DNA of 55,669 nt from an uncultured virus (IMG/VR IMGVR_UViG_3300044843_001063) (IMGVR_UViG_3300044843_001063); one strand, 5' to 3'; shown: positions 28,570 through 38,043, counted from the first letter of the stretch. Numbers and translations: made by a program. Notes: generated by a model from the sequence alone, not told the origin.

Positions 28570-29697
28570 TCTCATGCGGTCTTATATTCCATGACCAGTT
28601 ATAAGACTTCTTATTTAAAGGCCCATTATCCGGTTGAGTTTTTATTGGCTAATTTAATGGCCGAAGTAAAATCTAATGCTCCAGATGCAGGGAGTAATAT
28701 CAATAAAATTAAGAAAGAATTAAAAGCACACAAGGTTAAGATTTCTCCTCCGGATATTAATTCGTCTAATTTGACTTATACTATTTCTGAAGGTAATAAA
28801 TTATTAACCGGTTTAGATTCTTTAAAATTCGTGGGAGACGATGCGATTAAAGATATTATTCAAAAACGTCCTTTCAAAAGCTTTTTTGATTTCATGCATC
28901 GAGTGGATTCCAAAAAAGTCAGAGCTAATAGTATTCAAGCCTTAGCGGCAGCTGGTGCCTTAGAAAAATTTGGTATCCCTAGAAAGCTTATTTTCTTATA
29001 TTGTTCAGATTTTAGAAAGAAATTACAAGTTTGGTTAAAGAAACATGACCCTCAACAAGAAGAGTTTATTTATCCTTGGCCTTCGGAACCGGATTGGTCA
29101 TTGTCAGAACAATATGCGTTAGAGCAATATTATTTAGGAGAATCTTTTATTTGTAAAGCGCCTGAGGCGTATGGTAAGTTTTTCAAAAGCCCTCATCATG
29201 TTATTTATGAAATTAAAAAAGCTAACAACAAAACCAAGATTTCGCCCATTAAAGGAATAGTTAAAGATTTCTTCGAATTCAAAGTTAAAAAAGAGACAAG
29301 TAGTTATTATGGTCAATCTATGGTGAAAGCTATTATTGAAGATAAAGAAGGAGACCAATGCTCTTGTACTATTTTTCCAGATCGTTGGCAATTAATACAG
29401 AAACGATTAAAAGAATTAAATAGCAAAGCTATATTTGATGTTGGCTTGGCTTTAAGTTTTTCTGGCAGTGTTAATACTTATGAAGATGAAGTTGGCATTA
29501 TTTTAGAAGAATTATTAGATATTTCTCCAATTCCAGCTTTACCTACTGATTTAAAAGCCAAGCGAGTCAATTTAAAGGAAGCTAAATTAAAAAATAAAGA
29601 GCCGGTGACTGAGGCGAAAAATGTTTTGGATGAAATTGAAGATTTATTATATGATGAGGGTCTAATTGATTTAGATACCGATCCGGATAACGATTAA
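28459..29697 (+). CDS. dnaE: DNA polymerase III alpha, C-terminal part, preceded by the split-intein C fragment
   Basis: N|SHAVLYS..SY..YLKAHYPVEF, PPDINSS, HhH, OB fold. Confidence 0.95.
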   Translation: MTNIKTIKYIGNHATCDLEVDHPDHQFYLSNGMLTSNSHAVLYSMTSYKTSYLKAHYPVEFLLANLMAEVKSNAPDAGSNINKIKKELKAHKVKISPPDINSSNLTYTISEGNKLLTGLDSLKFVGDDAIKDIIQKRPFKSFFDFMHRVDSKKVRANSIQALAAAGALEKFGIPRKLIFLYCSDFRKKLQVWLKKHDPQQEEFIYPWPSEPDWSLSEQYALEQYYLGESFICKAPEAYGKFFKSPHHVIYEIKKANNKTKISPIKGIVKDFFEFKVKKETSSYYGQSMVKAIIEDKEGDQCSCTIFPDRWQLIQKRLKELNSKAIFDVGLALSFSGSVNTYEDEVGIILEELLDISPIPALPTDLKAKRVNLKEAKLKNKEPVTEAKNVLDEIEDLLYDEGLIDLDTDPDND

Positions 29698-29774
29698 TTA
29701 TAATAATTGCGCGGTGATATATTACTCTAGTAATCCTAGAATAATTAGAGCGATCGTTGACCTAAGGAAAAATA

Positions 29775-30578
29775 ATGAAATGTATATCGTGTGAAATTGA
29801 AATCAATCCTAAATGGGCGCATGCTATTGATGTTAATATTTGCCCCTTTTGTGGGCAACATATTATGGAGGAGCATTTAAAAAACTTATTTGGCTCATTG
29901 CGTCAAACCATGGAAAGTTTAGTTGCTTATCCAGAAGCATTAAATGACTGGATGTTATCTAATTACTCGTATATTAAAACGGATTCGGAAGACATCATTA
30001 AATATGTACCTAAAGATCTAATTAAAAACAGTCATTATCATGCGGCTTCTGATCGAAAAGACTCTCAAAAATTCACGGTTAAAGTGGCCACCGAGCAAGG
30101 AGAGGAAGAGGTCATGGTAGAGAAGATTCAGCCAGAAGAAAAAACCAATGACTTTTTTAAGAGAGCGGAAGTAATTAAGCATAATGTGTTGCCGGCCGAA
30201 AAAACTCAGCATTTAAAAGCTTTAGCTCAACAAATTAAAAAGGCAGGATCTCAAGGACTAACGACTAGCAATCACAACATGGTATTATCTCCAGAATTAA
30301 TGGAAAATGCTGATCCAGAGGCCATTGCAGAATATCAGCAATTAGTTTCTAATAATATGATTGGGTCATCCATTACTTCTAATGATTTAGATAGTGATGA
30401 TTTGCCGGGAGGCGATTTTATTTTGCAAGCTAATTTAATGGCAGCGGCTACCAAAAATGGTAATAATAGAGATGGTGCTAATGCTAAAGATTTAGCCGCT
30501 TTGCAAAAAATGCAAGCTGGATTATCAGAATCCAGAAAAAATTTGCTAACTGGCGCGAAAGGGTCTTTTCGTCGATAA
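29775..30578 (+). CDS. Hypothetical protein with N-terminal zinc ribbon
   Basis: CISC...CPFCG; AAGGA SD. Confidence 0.7.
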   Translation: MKCISCEIEINPKWAHAIDVNICPFCGQHIMEEHLKNLFGSLRQTMESLVAYPEALNDWMLSNYSYIKTDSEDIIKYVPKDLIKNSHYHAASDRKDSQKFTVKVATEQGEEEVMVEKIQPEEKTNDFFKRAEVIKHNVLPAEKTQHLKALAQQIKKAGSQGLTTSNHNMVLSPELMENADPEAIAEYQQLVSNNMIGSSITSNDLDSDDLPGGDFILQANLMAAATKNGNNRDGANAKDLAALQKMQAGLSESRKNLLTGAKGSFRR

Positions 30579-30585
30579 TAGGTGA

Positions 30586-30954
30586 ATGATGTCAATTCAT
30601 ATTGTAAATAATAAAAAGTTAGAGATGACCGATGATGAATGGGCCATGTATCAAAAGATTGTAAAATCTTATACTACTGCTACTAATAAAGGCGAAGATC
30701 TATTTATAGATCTATTTGAAACAGATGATAATGGAATTATCATTTTTCTCAAACCTCCGTCTCGATTTAGAACCTCTTTTGAGGTATTCTTATTTTTGAT
30801 GGCTTTATTTCAGCATCAACATTTAAGATTAATGTATCAACAAGTAGGTGAAATCTCTCAGCAAATGAAAAATAAAATTCAAGAATTAAATCAATTGCAG
30901 GAAAAATTAGCTAAGAATCTACCTCATTCGTTAGAATTAGATTCTAGAAATTAA
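30586..30954 (+). CDS. Hypothetical protein
   Basis: ORF with AGGTGA SD. Confidence 0.7.
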   Translation: MMSIHIVNNKKLEMTDDEWAMYQKIVKSYTTATNKGEDLFIDLFETDDNGIIIFLKPPSRFRTSFEVFLFLMALFQHQHLRLMYQQVGEISQQMKNKIQELNQLQEKLAKNLPHSLELDSRN

Positions 30955-30963
30955 GGGTTACAT

Positions 30964-31467
30964 ATGAGCCATACAGTAAGACTTGGTGATTTTTTAGGGA
31001 CAGAATTAGAAGAAGATTTTATTAATTTTGATTTTACCGAAATACAGAAAGTATTAACACATTTACAAGAGACAGATGCTTTGGACTTAGTTCATGCCGA
31101 GTTTTTACAACAGCAAGCGTTGCGAGGAGCGGATATTGTTTCTGAATATCTCGGCAAGATTATTAAAACAGTTGGATATTTAGAGGCTAAAGTTAATAGA
31201 ACTAAAAATAAAGTCTCTTTAGAATATAAAGCTCCGGATGGAGAGCGAACTACTTTAGACATGAAAAAATGGGCCGGAGAGTCTTCTCTAGAGGTAGAAG
31301 AGGTTCAGATTAAATTAGCCAAAGCTAAAGCTTCTAAAATTGTATTGGAAAAAAAATATGATATTCTGATTAGAAGTCATCATCACTATAAAGATATTGC
31401 TCAGGGATTAAGAAGAACTGTCTTAGGATATAATTCTACTACTAAAATTCCCGAAGGATATGAGTAG
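30964..31467 (+). CDS. Helical protein, possibly a UvsY-like recombination mediator
   Basis: Size, long amphipathic helices and position upstream of recA; inference only. Confidence 0.4.
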   Translation: MSHTVRLGDFLGTELEEDFINFDFTEIQKVLTHLQETDALDLVHAEFLQQQALRGADIVSEYLGKIIKTVGYLEAKVNRTKNKVSLEYKAPDGERTTLDMKKWAGESSLEVEEVQIKLAKAKASKIVLEKKYDILIRSHHHYKDIAQGLRRTVLGYNSTTKIPEGYE

Positions 31468-33355
31468 AATTGCTAAATTAACTGATGCTATCTTAGATGC
31501 TCGACTCCCATCTTCCATTAAAAGAATAGATTCAGTCATTACTGCTAAAACAAAAATTACTTTTCAATGCGCACTATGTGATTATCAGTGGCTAGCTAAA
31601 CCTGATAATATCTTGCATGGCAAAGGCTGCCCAGCCTGTGCCAAGTCGCTCCCTTTATCTAATGAAATTGTAGACCAACGTTTACTAGGTCGGCCGACGC
31701 AAAGAGTCGGAGACTATATTAATAGTCGAACTAAAATCTGGTTTAGTTGCAAAAAGTGTCATTATCAATGGTTAACCACCCCACATACTATCTTAATTGA
31801 TCAATGTGATTGCCCCAAATGTCACAAGTTAAGAAAAAACGAAACACTAATTAATGATCTATTGATTAACTTAAATATTAAGTTTGAAACTCAAAAAGAT
31901 ATTCGGGCTTTTAATAATCAAGAAGTTAACAAATATTATGTTGATTTTTATGTGCCAGAGTTGCGTTTAATTATTGAATATAATGGTCATCAGCATTATG
32001 CTCCCGTTCGTTTTGGTAATAGATCGCTAGCTAAGTCAACTCAAGCCTTTCAAAAACAACAAATTAGAGATAATTATCTTCGGTCTTTTTGCTTTAATAA
32101 TAACCTGAATTTATTAGAAATTGATGGCCGACGGTATTATTCAAATAAATTAACCACGTATTTAACAAAATTACTAACTGATATAGAAGGAAGCATGAAA
32201 AATTACGATTCTTTTTTTAAAACATACTCTGACAACGAAGAACAATTAGACTTTAAAATGGCGCATGAAACGGTAGGAGAAAAGCTACCCGTTATTTCAA
32301 CGGGATCATTTATTTTAGATGATGCTTTATCTTCTGGAGGATTGCCAGAAGGCAGACTCATTCAATACTATGGCGCTCCGGGTAGTGGTAAAACCTTATT
32401 AGCCATGTTAGCTATTAAGGAAGCTCAGCAACAAAATCCTTCAGCAGACCAGGTATTTATTGATGCGGAACAGACGTTTTCGCCTACTTGGGCAGAATCT
32501 CTAGGATTAGATACTTCTCGTATTATTTTGATTCAAGGCGATACGGCAGTCAATGGTCGTAAATGTTTTGAAATGTTATTAGGGGTACCGAAAGAAGATG
32601 TGAGAACGCATACCTTAAAAGGTCAGGCTAAAGATGGTTTGTTAGATAAGGTGGCGAATAAGGAGTTTGATATTAATTTGATTGTGCTGGACTCGTTGGG
32701 CTCTATTATTCCCCCCGGAGAAGACATCTCCGCCGTTGGCAAAATGAACATCTCCCTCCTAGCCCGCTTCTTAACCACCACCTTCCGCAAGCTATCTTTA
32801 GCTCTTTCTAAAACCAATTGCCCATTAATTATCATTAATCATAAGAAAACCAGCATGGATCCTTATGGTTCCGATCATACTTTTTCTGGTGGCAATACTT
32901 ATGCTCACTTCTTGAGTGCTAACGTCTATTTTGAACCTGTCAATCGGGCTGATGCTAAAATTTTAGATGAAAAAGAAAACAAAATTGGGCAAACCATTCG
33001 AGCTACGATCGAAAAGTCTAAATTTGGTCCTTGGCCACGCAAGTGTGAATTTAAAGTAGATTTTGGTATTGGAGTCATTGATAAGCATGAAGAAATTGCC
33101 ACCTTAGCTTTAGATTATAATGTAGTGCAAAAACCCACTAGTGTGACTCATGAATATGGAGAGCGAAAATGGGTTGGTTTTGCTAAGTTTTGCGAAGCTA
33201 TTCAATCTGATGGTGAGTTAGCGGCAGAATTATTAGCTAAGATTAATCATGCTCGAGATTCTAAGTTAGAAACTAAGAGATTAGAGCAAGAAGCTAAAAA
33301 AGCCGAAAGTTTAGAGAAGGCTGGAAAATCGAAAAAAGGTAAAAAAGATGACTGA
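31460..33355 (+). CDS. In-frame fusion: two zinc-ribbon repeats plus a Vsr/PD-(D/E)XK-like endonuclease (aa 1-245), then RecA
   Basis: CALC..W...GCPAC repeated twice, YYVDFY..IIEYNGHQHY, RD; no stop before the RecA Met at 32195. Confidence 0.85.
   Translation: MSRIAKLTDAILDARLPSSIKRIDSVITAKTKITFQCALCDYQWLAKPDNILHGKGCPACAKSLPLSNEIVDQRLLGRPTQRVGDYINSRTKIWFSCKKCHYQWLTTPHTILIDQCDCPKCHKLRKNETLINDLLINLNIKFETQKDIRAFNNQEVNKYYVDFYVPELRLIIEYNGHQHYAPVRFGNRSLAKSTQAFQKQQIRDNYLRSFCFNNNLNLLEIDGRRYYSNKLTTYLTKLLTDIEGSMKNYDSFFKTYSDNEEQLDFKMAHETVGEKLPVISTGSFILDDALSSGGLPEGRLIQYYGAPGSGKTLLAMLAIKEAQQQNPSADQVFIDAEQTFSPTWAESLGLDTSRIILIQGDTAVNGRKCFEMLLGVPKEDVRTHTLKGQAKDGLLDKVANKEFDINLIVLDSLGSIIPPGEDISAVGKMNISLLARFLTTTFRKLSLALSKTNCPLIIINHKKTSMDPYGSDHTFSGGNTYAHFLSANVYFEPVNRADAKILDEKENKIGQTIRATIEKSKFGPWPRKCEFKVDFGIGVIDKHEEIATLALDYNVVQKPTSVTHEYGERKWVGFAKFCEAIQSDGELAAELLAKINHARDSKLETKRLEQEAKKAESLEKAGKSKKGKKDD
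32195..33355 (+). CDS. recA: RecA recombinase (probable internal start)
   Basis: GAAGGA SD; ISTGS..LD.AL..GGLP.GR, GAPGSGKT, FIDAE, IVLDSLG, IIINH, GG, KSKF. Confidence 0.92.
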   Translation: MKNYDSFFKTYSDNEEQLDFKMAHETVGEKLPVISTGSFILDDALSSGGLPEGRLIQYYGAPGSGKTLLAMLAIKEAQQQNPSADQVFIDAEQTFSPTWAESLGLDTSRIILIQGDTAVNGRKCFEMLLGVPKEDVRTHTLKGQAKDGLLDKVANKEFDINLIVLDSLGSIIPPGEDISAVGKMNISLLARFLTTTFRKLSLALSKTNCPLIIINHKKTSMDPYGSDHTFSGGNTYAHFLSANVYFEPVNRADAKILDEKENKIGQTIRATIEKSKFGPWPRKCEFKVDFGIGVIDKHEEIATLALDYNVVQKPTSVTHEYGERKWVGFAKFCEAIQSDGELAAELLAKINHARDSKLETKRLEQEAKKAESLEKAGKSKKGKKDD

Positions 33356-33689
33356 TAAAGATTTTATGATTGGAACGGTAGGTTTGCCAACCATTAACAA
33401 TATCACTAAAAAGCCATGTTATCTAGTTGAATTATTAGATAACATGGGTAAACAGCCTAAAAAAATATACTTTTTATCATTAGATAAGCCAGAAACTTTG
33501 AATGGGTTTATTCAAGTAAAAGGAATTTATTCTTCTTTATTAGAAGAAGAGTTAGTGAAAAAATTTGGTGAAATTCTTTCAGTCACGCCGAAAGAGCAAA
33601 TTTTAGAATTAATGATACCCTGGCATCGGGTATATAGTATTCGAAGCTTGGTATTTAATGCCAATAAGCCGTCTAGTTTGATTAAATAA
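33348..33689 (+). CDS. Hypothetical protein
   Basis: ORF overlapping the recA stop. Confidence 0.65.
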   Translation: MTDKDFMIGTVGLPTINNITKKPCYLVELLDNMGKQPKKIYFLSLDKPETLNGFIQVKGIYSSLLEEELVKKFGEILSVTPKEQILELMIPWHRVYSIRSLVFNANKPSSLIK

Positions 33690-33733
33690 TTTAATCGTTT
33701 GTGTATTGAAAATAGTAAAAGAAAGGGAATAAA

Positions 33734-34018
33734 ATGACATTTAATAGTAATAAAAGTTCGAAAAAATCCACCTCAGAAGAGATTGTTTTTAATCGAGTTA
33801 AGACTTTAGTTACCCGTAAGAAAAATTGGCTAGGAACGATGACTGAGTTAATGTTTGCCATTAATGGTAGCGCCTTAGTGACCAGAAATCCTGCTAACTT
33901 AAGAGTAGTGTTAAATAAAGTTGTAAATCGTTTACGTAATCAAAGAATTAGTGTGAAATTTTTCCGAGAAAAAGATCGTACTAGAACTCGATTTGTACAG
34001 TTTACCATGAATAAATGA
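33734..34018 (+). CDS. Small basic protein, possible winged-helix DNA binder
   Basis: W.GT.TEL...P..L...L......LR...I.V.F.R pattern. Confidence 0.5.
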   Translation: MTFNSNKSSKKSTSEEIVFNRVKTLVTRKKNWLGTMTELMFAINGSALVTRNPANLRVVLNKVVNRLRNQRISVKFFREKDRTRTRFVQFTMNK

Positions 34019-34110
34019 TAGTAGTCACACGATACTAAAATAATTGTTAATATAAAAGTACATAGTGTACAATAGATAAATAACAGTAGATAAAAAAGTA
34101 GGAGATACAT

Positions 34111-34821
34111 ATGACAACCTTTGGTGAAATTAGCTGGAATGATGACGTCTTTGGCGGCGATAATAAAAAAAATGTCAATAGTAAAGATTTATTCCTTCGA
34201 CTAGAGGAAGGATCTAACGAAATTAGATTAATTACTCAACCATTTCAATATTTAGTACACAAATATAAGAAAGAAGGAGATCCTGGATTTGGACAGAAGA
34301 TTTCTTGTTCAGCTATCCATGGCAGCTGTCCCCTTTGTGAATTAGGTGATAAGGCCAAACCCAGATGGTTTCTGGGAGTAATTTCCAGAAAAACTGGAAC
34401 TTATAAAATCTTAGATATTTCTTTTGCTGTCTTTTCTCAAATTCGTAAGTTAGCGCGCAATACTCAACGATGGGGAGATCCGACCAAATATGATATTGAT
34501 ATTGTGGTAGATAAAAATGGCGGAGCAACTGGATATTATTCAGTGCAACCTATTTCTAAAGAGGCTTTGTCGGCGGCAGATCAACAAATTAAAGACAATG
34601 TTGATTTAGATGATTTGAAACGCCGAGCCACTCCATTAATGCCAGATGCCGTTCAAAAGAGAATGGATAAAATCAATGGCGTTGGTGAATTTGCCACCGC
34701 AGGAGCGCCTGCGATGAAAAAGGCGGGAGCTAAACCGGTAGCTAAACCAGCAGTCGTCAGCATGACCGATGACGAAGATATGGATGATGCATTTCCGGCC
34801 TATAATAGTGATGCAGAATGA
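34111..34821 (+). CDS. gp32-like single-stranded DNA-binding protein
   Basis: FLRLEEG.NEIRLI, H...C......CPLC zinc site, DP..YDI.I, acidic C-terminal tail; located between recA and ruvC. Confidence 0.75.
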   Translation: MTTFGEISWNDDVFGGDNKKNVNSKDLFLRLEEGSNEIRLITQPFQYLVHKYKKEGDPGFGQKISCSAIHGSCPLCELGDKAKPRWFLGVISRKTGTYKILDISFAVFSQIRKLARNTQRWGDPTKYDIDIVVDKNGGATGYYSVQPISKEALSAADQQIKDNVDLDDLKRRATPLMPDAVQKRMDKINGVGEFATAGAPAMKKAGAKPVAKPAVVSMTDDEDMDDAFPAYNSDAE

Positions 34822-34843
34822 CCTAAAAAATAGGTAGTAATTT

Positions 34844-34873
34844 AAAAGGGCAAGTAGTAACTTGCCCTTTTTT
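34844..34873 (+). terminator. Rho-independent terminator
   Basis: AAAAGGGCAAGT-AGTA-ACTTGCCCTTTTTT. Confidence 0.9.
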
Positions 34874-34893
34874 ATTGGATAAAAGTGAGAAAT

Positions 34894-35460
34894 ATGACTC
34901 GGATTTTAGGGATAGATTGTTCTTCTACGACCATTGGTTATGGAGTGTTAGATATTGATGCTAATAATAACATTAGTTTAGTAGCGGTCTCCTATCTTAA
35001 ACCGAATAAAAAAGGCTCGATTATTGAAAGAATTGTTTCGACTAGAGATGAGATTCAAAAAATAATGAATAAATACCAGCCCGATTTAATTGGCATTGAA
35101 GATATTATACAATTTATGCAAGGCAAGAGTACGGCGAAAACGATTATTACATTGACTACTTTTAATCGTATGATTGGGCTGTGCGCCTTCGATTTTTTAA
35201 AAAAGAGCCCGAGCTTATTTAATGTAATGACCATCCGTCACGGATTAAAATTAAATAAAACGCTGCCAAAAAAAGAAGATATTCCGGAGCTTGTGGCCCA
35301 CCATTTAAAGATTACATTTCCTTACGAGCGCTCGGCCAAAGGTAAAAAAAAGGGCGCCATCAAAATTGAAAATTTTGACATGGCTGACGGTTTGGCGGTA
35401 GCGCTATATTATGCATTTATAGTAACTGGAAAAATTAAAAGAAAAAATAAGGTATTATGA
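34894..35460 (+). CDS. ruvC: Holliday junction resolvase RuvC
   Basis: ILGIDCS..TIGYGVL, PDLIGIE, DMADGLAVA. Confidence 0.88.
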   Translation: MTRILGIDCSSTTIGYGVLDIDANNNISLVAVSYLKPNKKGSIIERIVSTRDEIQKIMNKYQPDLIGIEDIIQFMQGKSTAKTIITLTTFNRMIGLCAFDFLKKSPSLFNVMTIRHGLKLNKTLPKKEDIPELVAHHLKITFPYERSAKGKKKGAIKIENFDMADGLAVALYYAFIVTGKIKRKNKVL

Positions 35461-36401
35461 AATTAAGTGAAGCTTATAATATTCTGGGAGTACAGCCCAA
35501 TGCCGACCCTGAAGCCGTGAAGAAGCAATATAAGAAATTAACTCGAGAATTTCATCCGGACATTAACAAGGAAGCCGGAGCCGAGGAAAAGTTTAAAAAA
35601 ATAAATGAAGCTTACCAAGTGGTCACCTCGGGCAAAGAAGAGGGCGCGCAAATTCCTTGGCAAGGCTTTAATCCATTTGCGAATATGGATCCTTTTGGAA
35701 TGAATCAACAAGTTATTCATCCGGCAGATCCTGTATCTTTGCATATTAATATTTCTTTTAAAGATTCTATTTTAGGATGCAAGAAAGAACTAAAGTTTAA
35801 TAGAAAAATTAAATGTACTGAGTGTCAAGGTAATGGTAAGACTGTCATCCCCAGTAATTGTACGGAATGTCAAGGTAAAGGGAGAAAAGTAGTAACTCAA
35901 GGTCATATGACTTTTGTTACTACTTGTAATAAATGTTATGGCAAAGTAGAGACTAAAAATTGTGTGAAATGTAATTCACAAGGAACTTTGACCACTGATA
36001 CGGCTATTAGTGTTAATGTTCCAGGCGGTATCCAAAATGGAAATATCTTAAGATTAAGTCATATGGGTAATTTCATTACTACTTTTGGCCCATTGGATCA
36101 ATATAGTGATGCTCATTTATCGGTGTCAGTAGAAGCCGATCCGGAGTTATCATTACATGGGACAGATGTAGTTTGTACAGTTTCTATTCCATTAGTCCAG
36201 GCTATTACTGGCACTACTAAAACAGTTAGAACTATTTTAGGATCTCAAGAGGTAATGGTGCCGGCTAAATCTAAACATAAAGATGAAATCATTCTTACTA
36301 AATTAGGGGTCAATGGAGTCGGCAATCAAAAGGTAGTATTACATGTAGACTATCCAGAATTCACTGATAGTATGATTCAAGCTTTACAGGAGGTTGTGTG
36401 A
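35457..36401 (+). CDS. dnaJ: DnaJ co-chaperone
   Basis: J domain with HPD, four CxxCxGxG-type repeats, C-terminal substrate-binding domain. Confidence 0.93.
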   Translation: MKLSEAYNILGVQPNADPEAVKKQYKKLTREFHPDINKEAGAEEKFKKINEAYQVVTSGKEEGAQIPWQGFNPFANMDPFGMNQQVIHPADPVSLHINISFKDSILGCKKELKFNRKIKCTECQGNGKTVIPSNCTECQGKGRKVVTQGHMTFVTTCNKCYGKVETKNCVKCNSQGTLTTDTAISVNVPGGIQNGNILRLSHMGNFITTFGPLDQYSDAHLSVSVEADPELSLHGTDVVCTVSIPLVQAITGTTKTVRTILGSQEVMVPAKSKHKDEIILTKLGVNGVGNQKVVLHVDYPEFTDSMIQALQEVV

Positions 36402-36724
36402 AAGTTTCTGCGATGTGTCCTGTGTGTCAAAAAGCGCAAGAGCCTTATTTGGATCCGCGTAGTAATAAAGTATATTGTTCTTTATGCGATGCAGAAATTA
36501 AAAATATTTCACATTTTGCTAAGATTCAAATGCAAACGACTAAACAAATAAGAATTCCGACTAAGGGAATTTCTGTTAAATGCAATAAATGTAAAAATGA
36601 TAGTCGGCCTCAAATAGTAGAGGCTAAAGTAGTGTGTGGAACTTGTGCCGGACCCTTAGATAATTTAACTCCTATTTTTAAAGAAATGTTAAAAGAGCTC
36701 TTGAAAAAAGAAGAGAATGATTAA
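36398..36724 (+). CDS. Double zinc-ribbon protein
   Basis: CPVC..CSLC, CNKC..CGTC; GGAGG SD. Confidence 0.7.
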   Translation: MKVSAMCPVCQKAQEPYLDPRSNKVYCSLCDAEIKNISHFAKIQMQTTKQIRIPTKGISVKCNKCKNDSRPQIVEAKVVCGTCAGPLDNLTPIFKEMLKELLKKEEND

Positions 36725-36728
36725 TTCT

Positions 36729-37325
36729 ATGCAAGAAATTAAGATAGATTATTTTGGCACTAAACATTATTATTGGAATGGTCAGCGACATCGAGAAGAT
36801 GGCCCTGCCGTAGAATATGCTGATGGAACTAAGATGTGGTTTATTCATGGTTTGAAGCATCGAGAAGATAGACCAGCTGTAGAGCATGCTAATGGAGATA
36901 AAGAATGGTGGCTTCATGGCCAAAGACATCGAGTAGGTCATCCAGCTTATGAGGGTGCTGATGGATCTAAACAATGGTGGCTTCATGGAAAACGGCATCG
37001 AGAAGATGGCCCGGCTCTAGAATGTGTTAATGGAACTAAAGAGTGGCGGATTCATGATCAACTCCATCGAGCAGATGGCCCAGCCCATGAAGGCGCTGAT
37101 GGAATGAAAAAATGGTGTCTTCATGGTCAATTCCATCGAGAAGATGGTCCTGCATTAGAACATGCTGATGGATCCAAATTTTGGTTTATTCATGGCCAAC
37201 AACATAGAGAAAATGGCCCTGCTATAGAATACTCTAATGGAGCAAAACAATTTTGGTTACAAAATTCTTTAATTCTTTCAGAAGAAGAATATTGGAGAAT
37301 ACTTAAGTTGAAAGCATTATGGTGA
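36729..37325 (+). CDS. HREDGPA-repeat protein 1 (7 repeats)
   Basis: MQEIK start, 23-aa units, EEEYWRILKLKALW end. Confidence 0.9.
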   Translation: MQEIKIDYFGTKHYYWNGQRHREDGPAVEYADGTKMWFIHGLKHREDRPAVEHANGDKEWWLHGQRHRVGHPAYEGADGSKQWWLHGKRHREDGPALECVNGTKEWRIHDQLHRADGPAHEGADGMKKWCLHGQFHREDGPALEHADGSKFWFIHGQQHRENGPAIEYSNGAKQFWLQNSLILSEEEYWRILKLKALW

Positions 37326-37328
37326 AAT

Positions 37329-37577
37329 ATGCAAGAAATTAAAAATTATAAAGATGGCACTTCCAAATATTATTGGAATGGCCGATTACATCGAGAAGAT
37401 GGTCCAGCGATAGAATGGTCTCATGGCACTAAAGAATGGTATCTTCATGGAAAATGTCATCGAGAAGATGGTCCAGCAATAGAGTGGACTAATGGAGATA
37501 AATATTGGTACCTTCAAGGTAAACAATATTCGGAGCAAGAATATTGGAGACGAGTTAAACTAAAAGCTTTATGGTGA
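37329..37577 (+). CDS. HREDGPA-repeat protein 2 (2 repeats)
   Basis: Same cap-repeat-tail architecture. Confidence 0.9.
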   Translation: MQEIKNYKDGTSKYYWNGRLHREDGPAIEWSHGTKEWYLHGKCHREDGPAIEWTNGDKYWYLQGKQYSEQEYWRRVKLKALW

Positions 37578-37581
37578 AGTT

Positions 37582-38034
37582 ATGCAAAAAATTAAAGAAG
37601 ATCACTGGGGAAAATATTATTATTGGAATGGTCTCTTCCATCGAGAAGATGGTCCAGCAGCAGAATTCTACAATGGAGATAAAGATTGGTATTATTATGG
37701 TCAACGTCATCGAGAAAATGGACCAGCCAGAGAATTTGCTCATGGCCATAAAGAATGGTGGCTTCATGGTCAACGTCATCGGGAAGATGGTCCAGCCAGA
37801 GAATATTATGATGGGTCTAAAGAATGGTATCTTCATGGAAAATGTCATCGAGAAGATGGTCCAGCGGCAGAATATTCTAATGGAGACAAATTATGGTATT
37901 TTAAAGATCAGCTTCATCGAGAAAATGGTCCAGCTATAGAATGTGAAGATGGTGCTAAAAGCTGGTATCTTCAAGATAAAGAATATTCAGAAGAAGAATA
38001 TTGGAGAGTAGTGAAATTAAAAGCTTTATGGTAA
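37582..38034 (+). CDS. HREDGPA-repeat protein 3 (5 repeats)
   Basis: Same architecture. Confidence 0.9.
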   Translation: MQKIKEDHWGKYYYWNGLFHREDGPAAEFYNGDKDWYYYGQRHRENGPAREFAHGHKEWWLHGQRHREDGPAREYYDGSKEWYLHGKCHREDGPAAEYSNGDKLWYFKDQLHRENGPAIECEDGAKSWYLQDKEYSEEEYWRVVKLKALW

Positions 38035-38043
38035 ATAGTTATT

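Noticed and set aside
31460..32194. RecA intein
   Set aside because: The extra domain is N-terminal to RecA rather than internal, and lacks C/S1, TxxH and terminal HN motifs.
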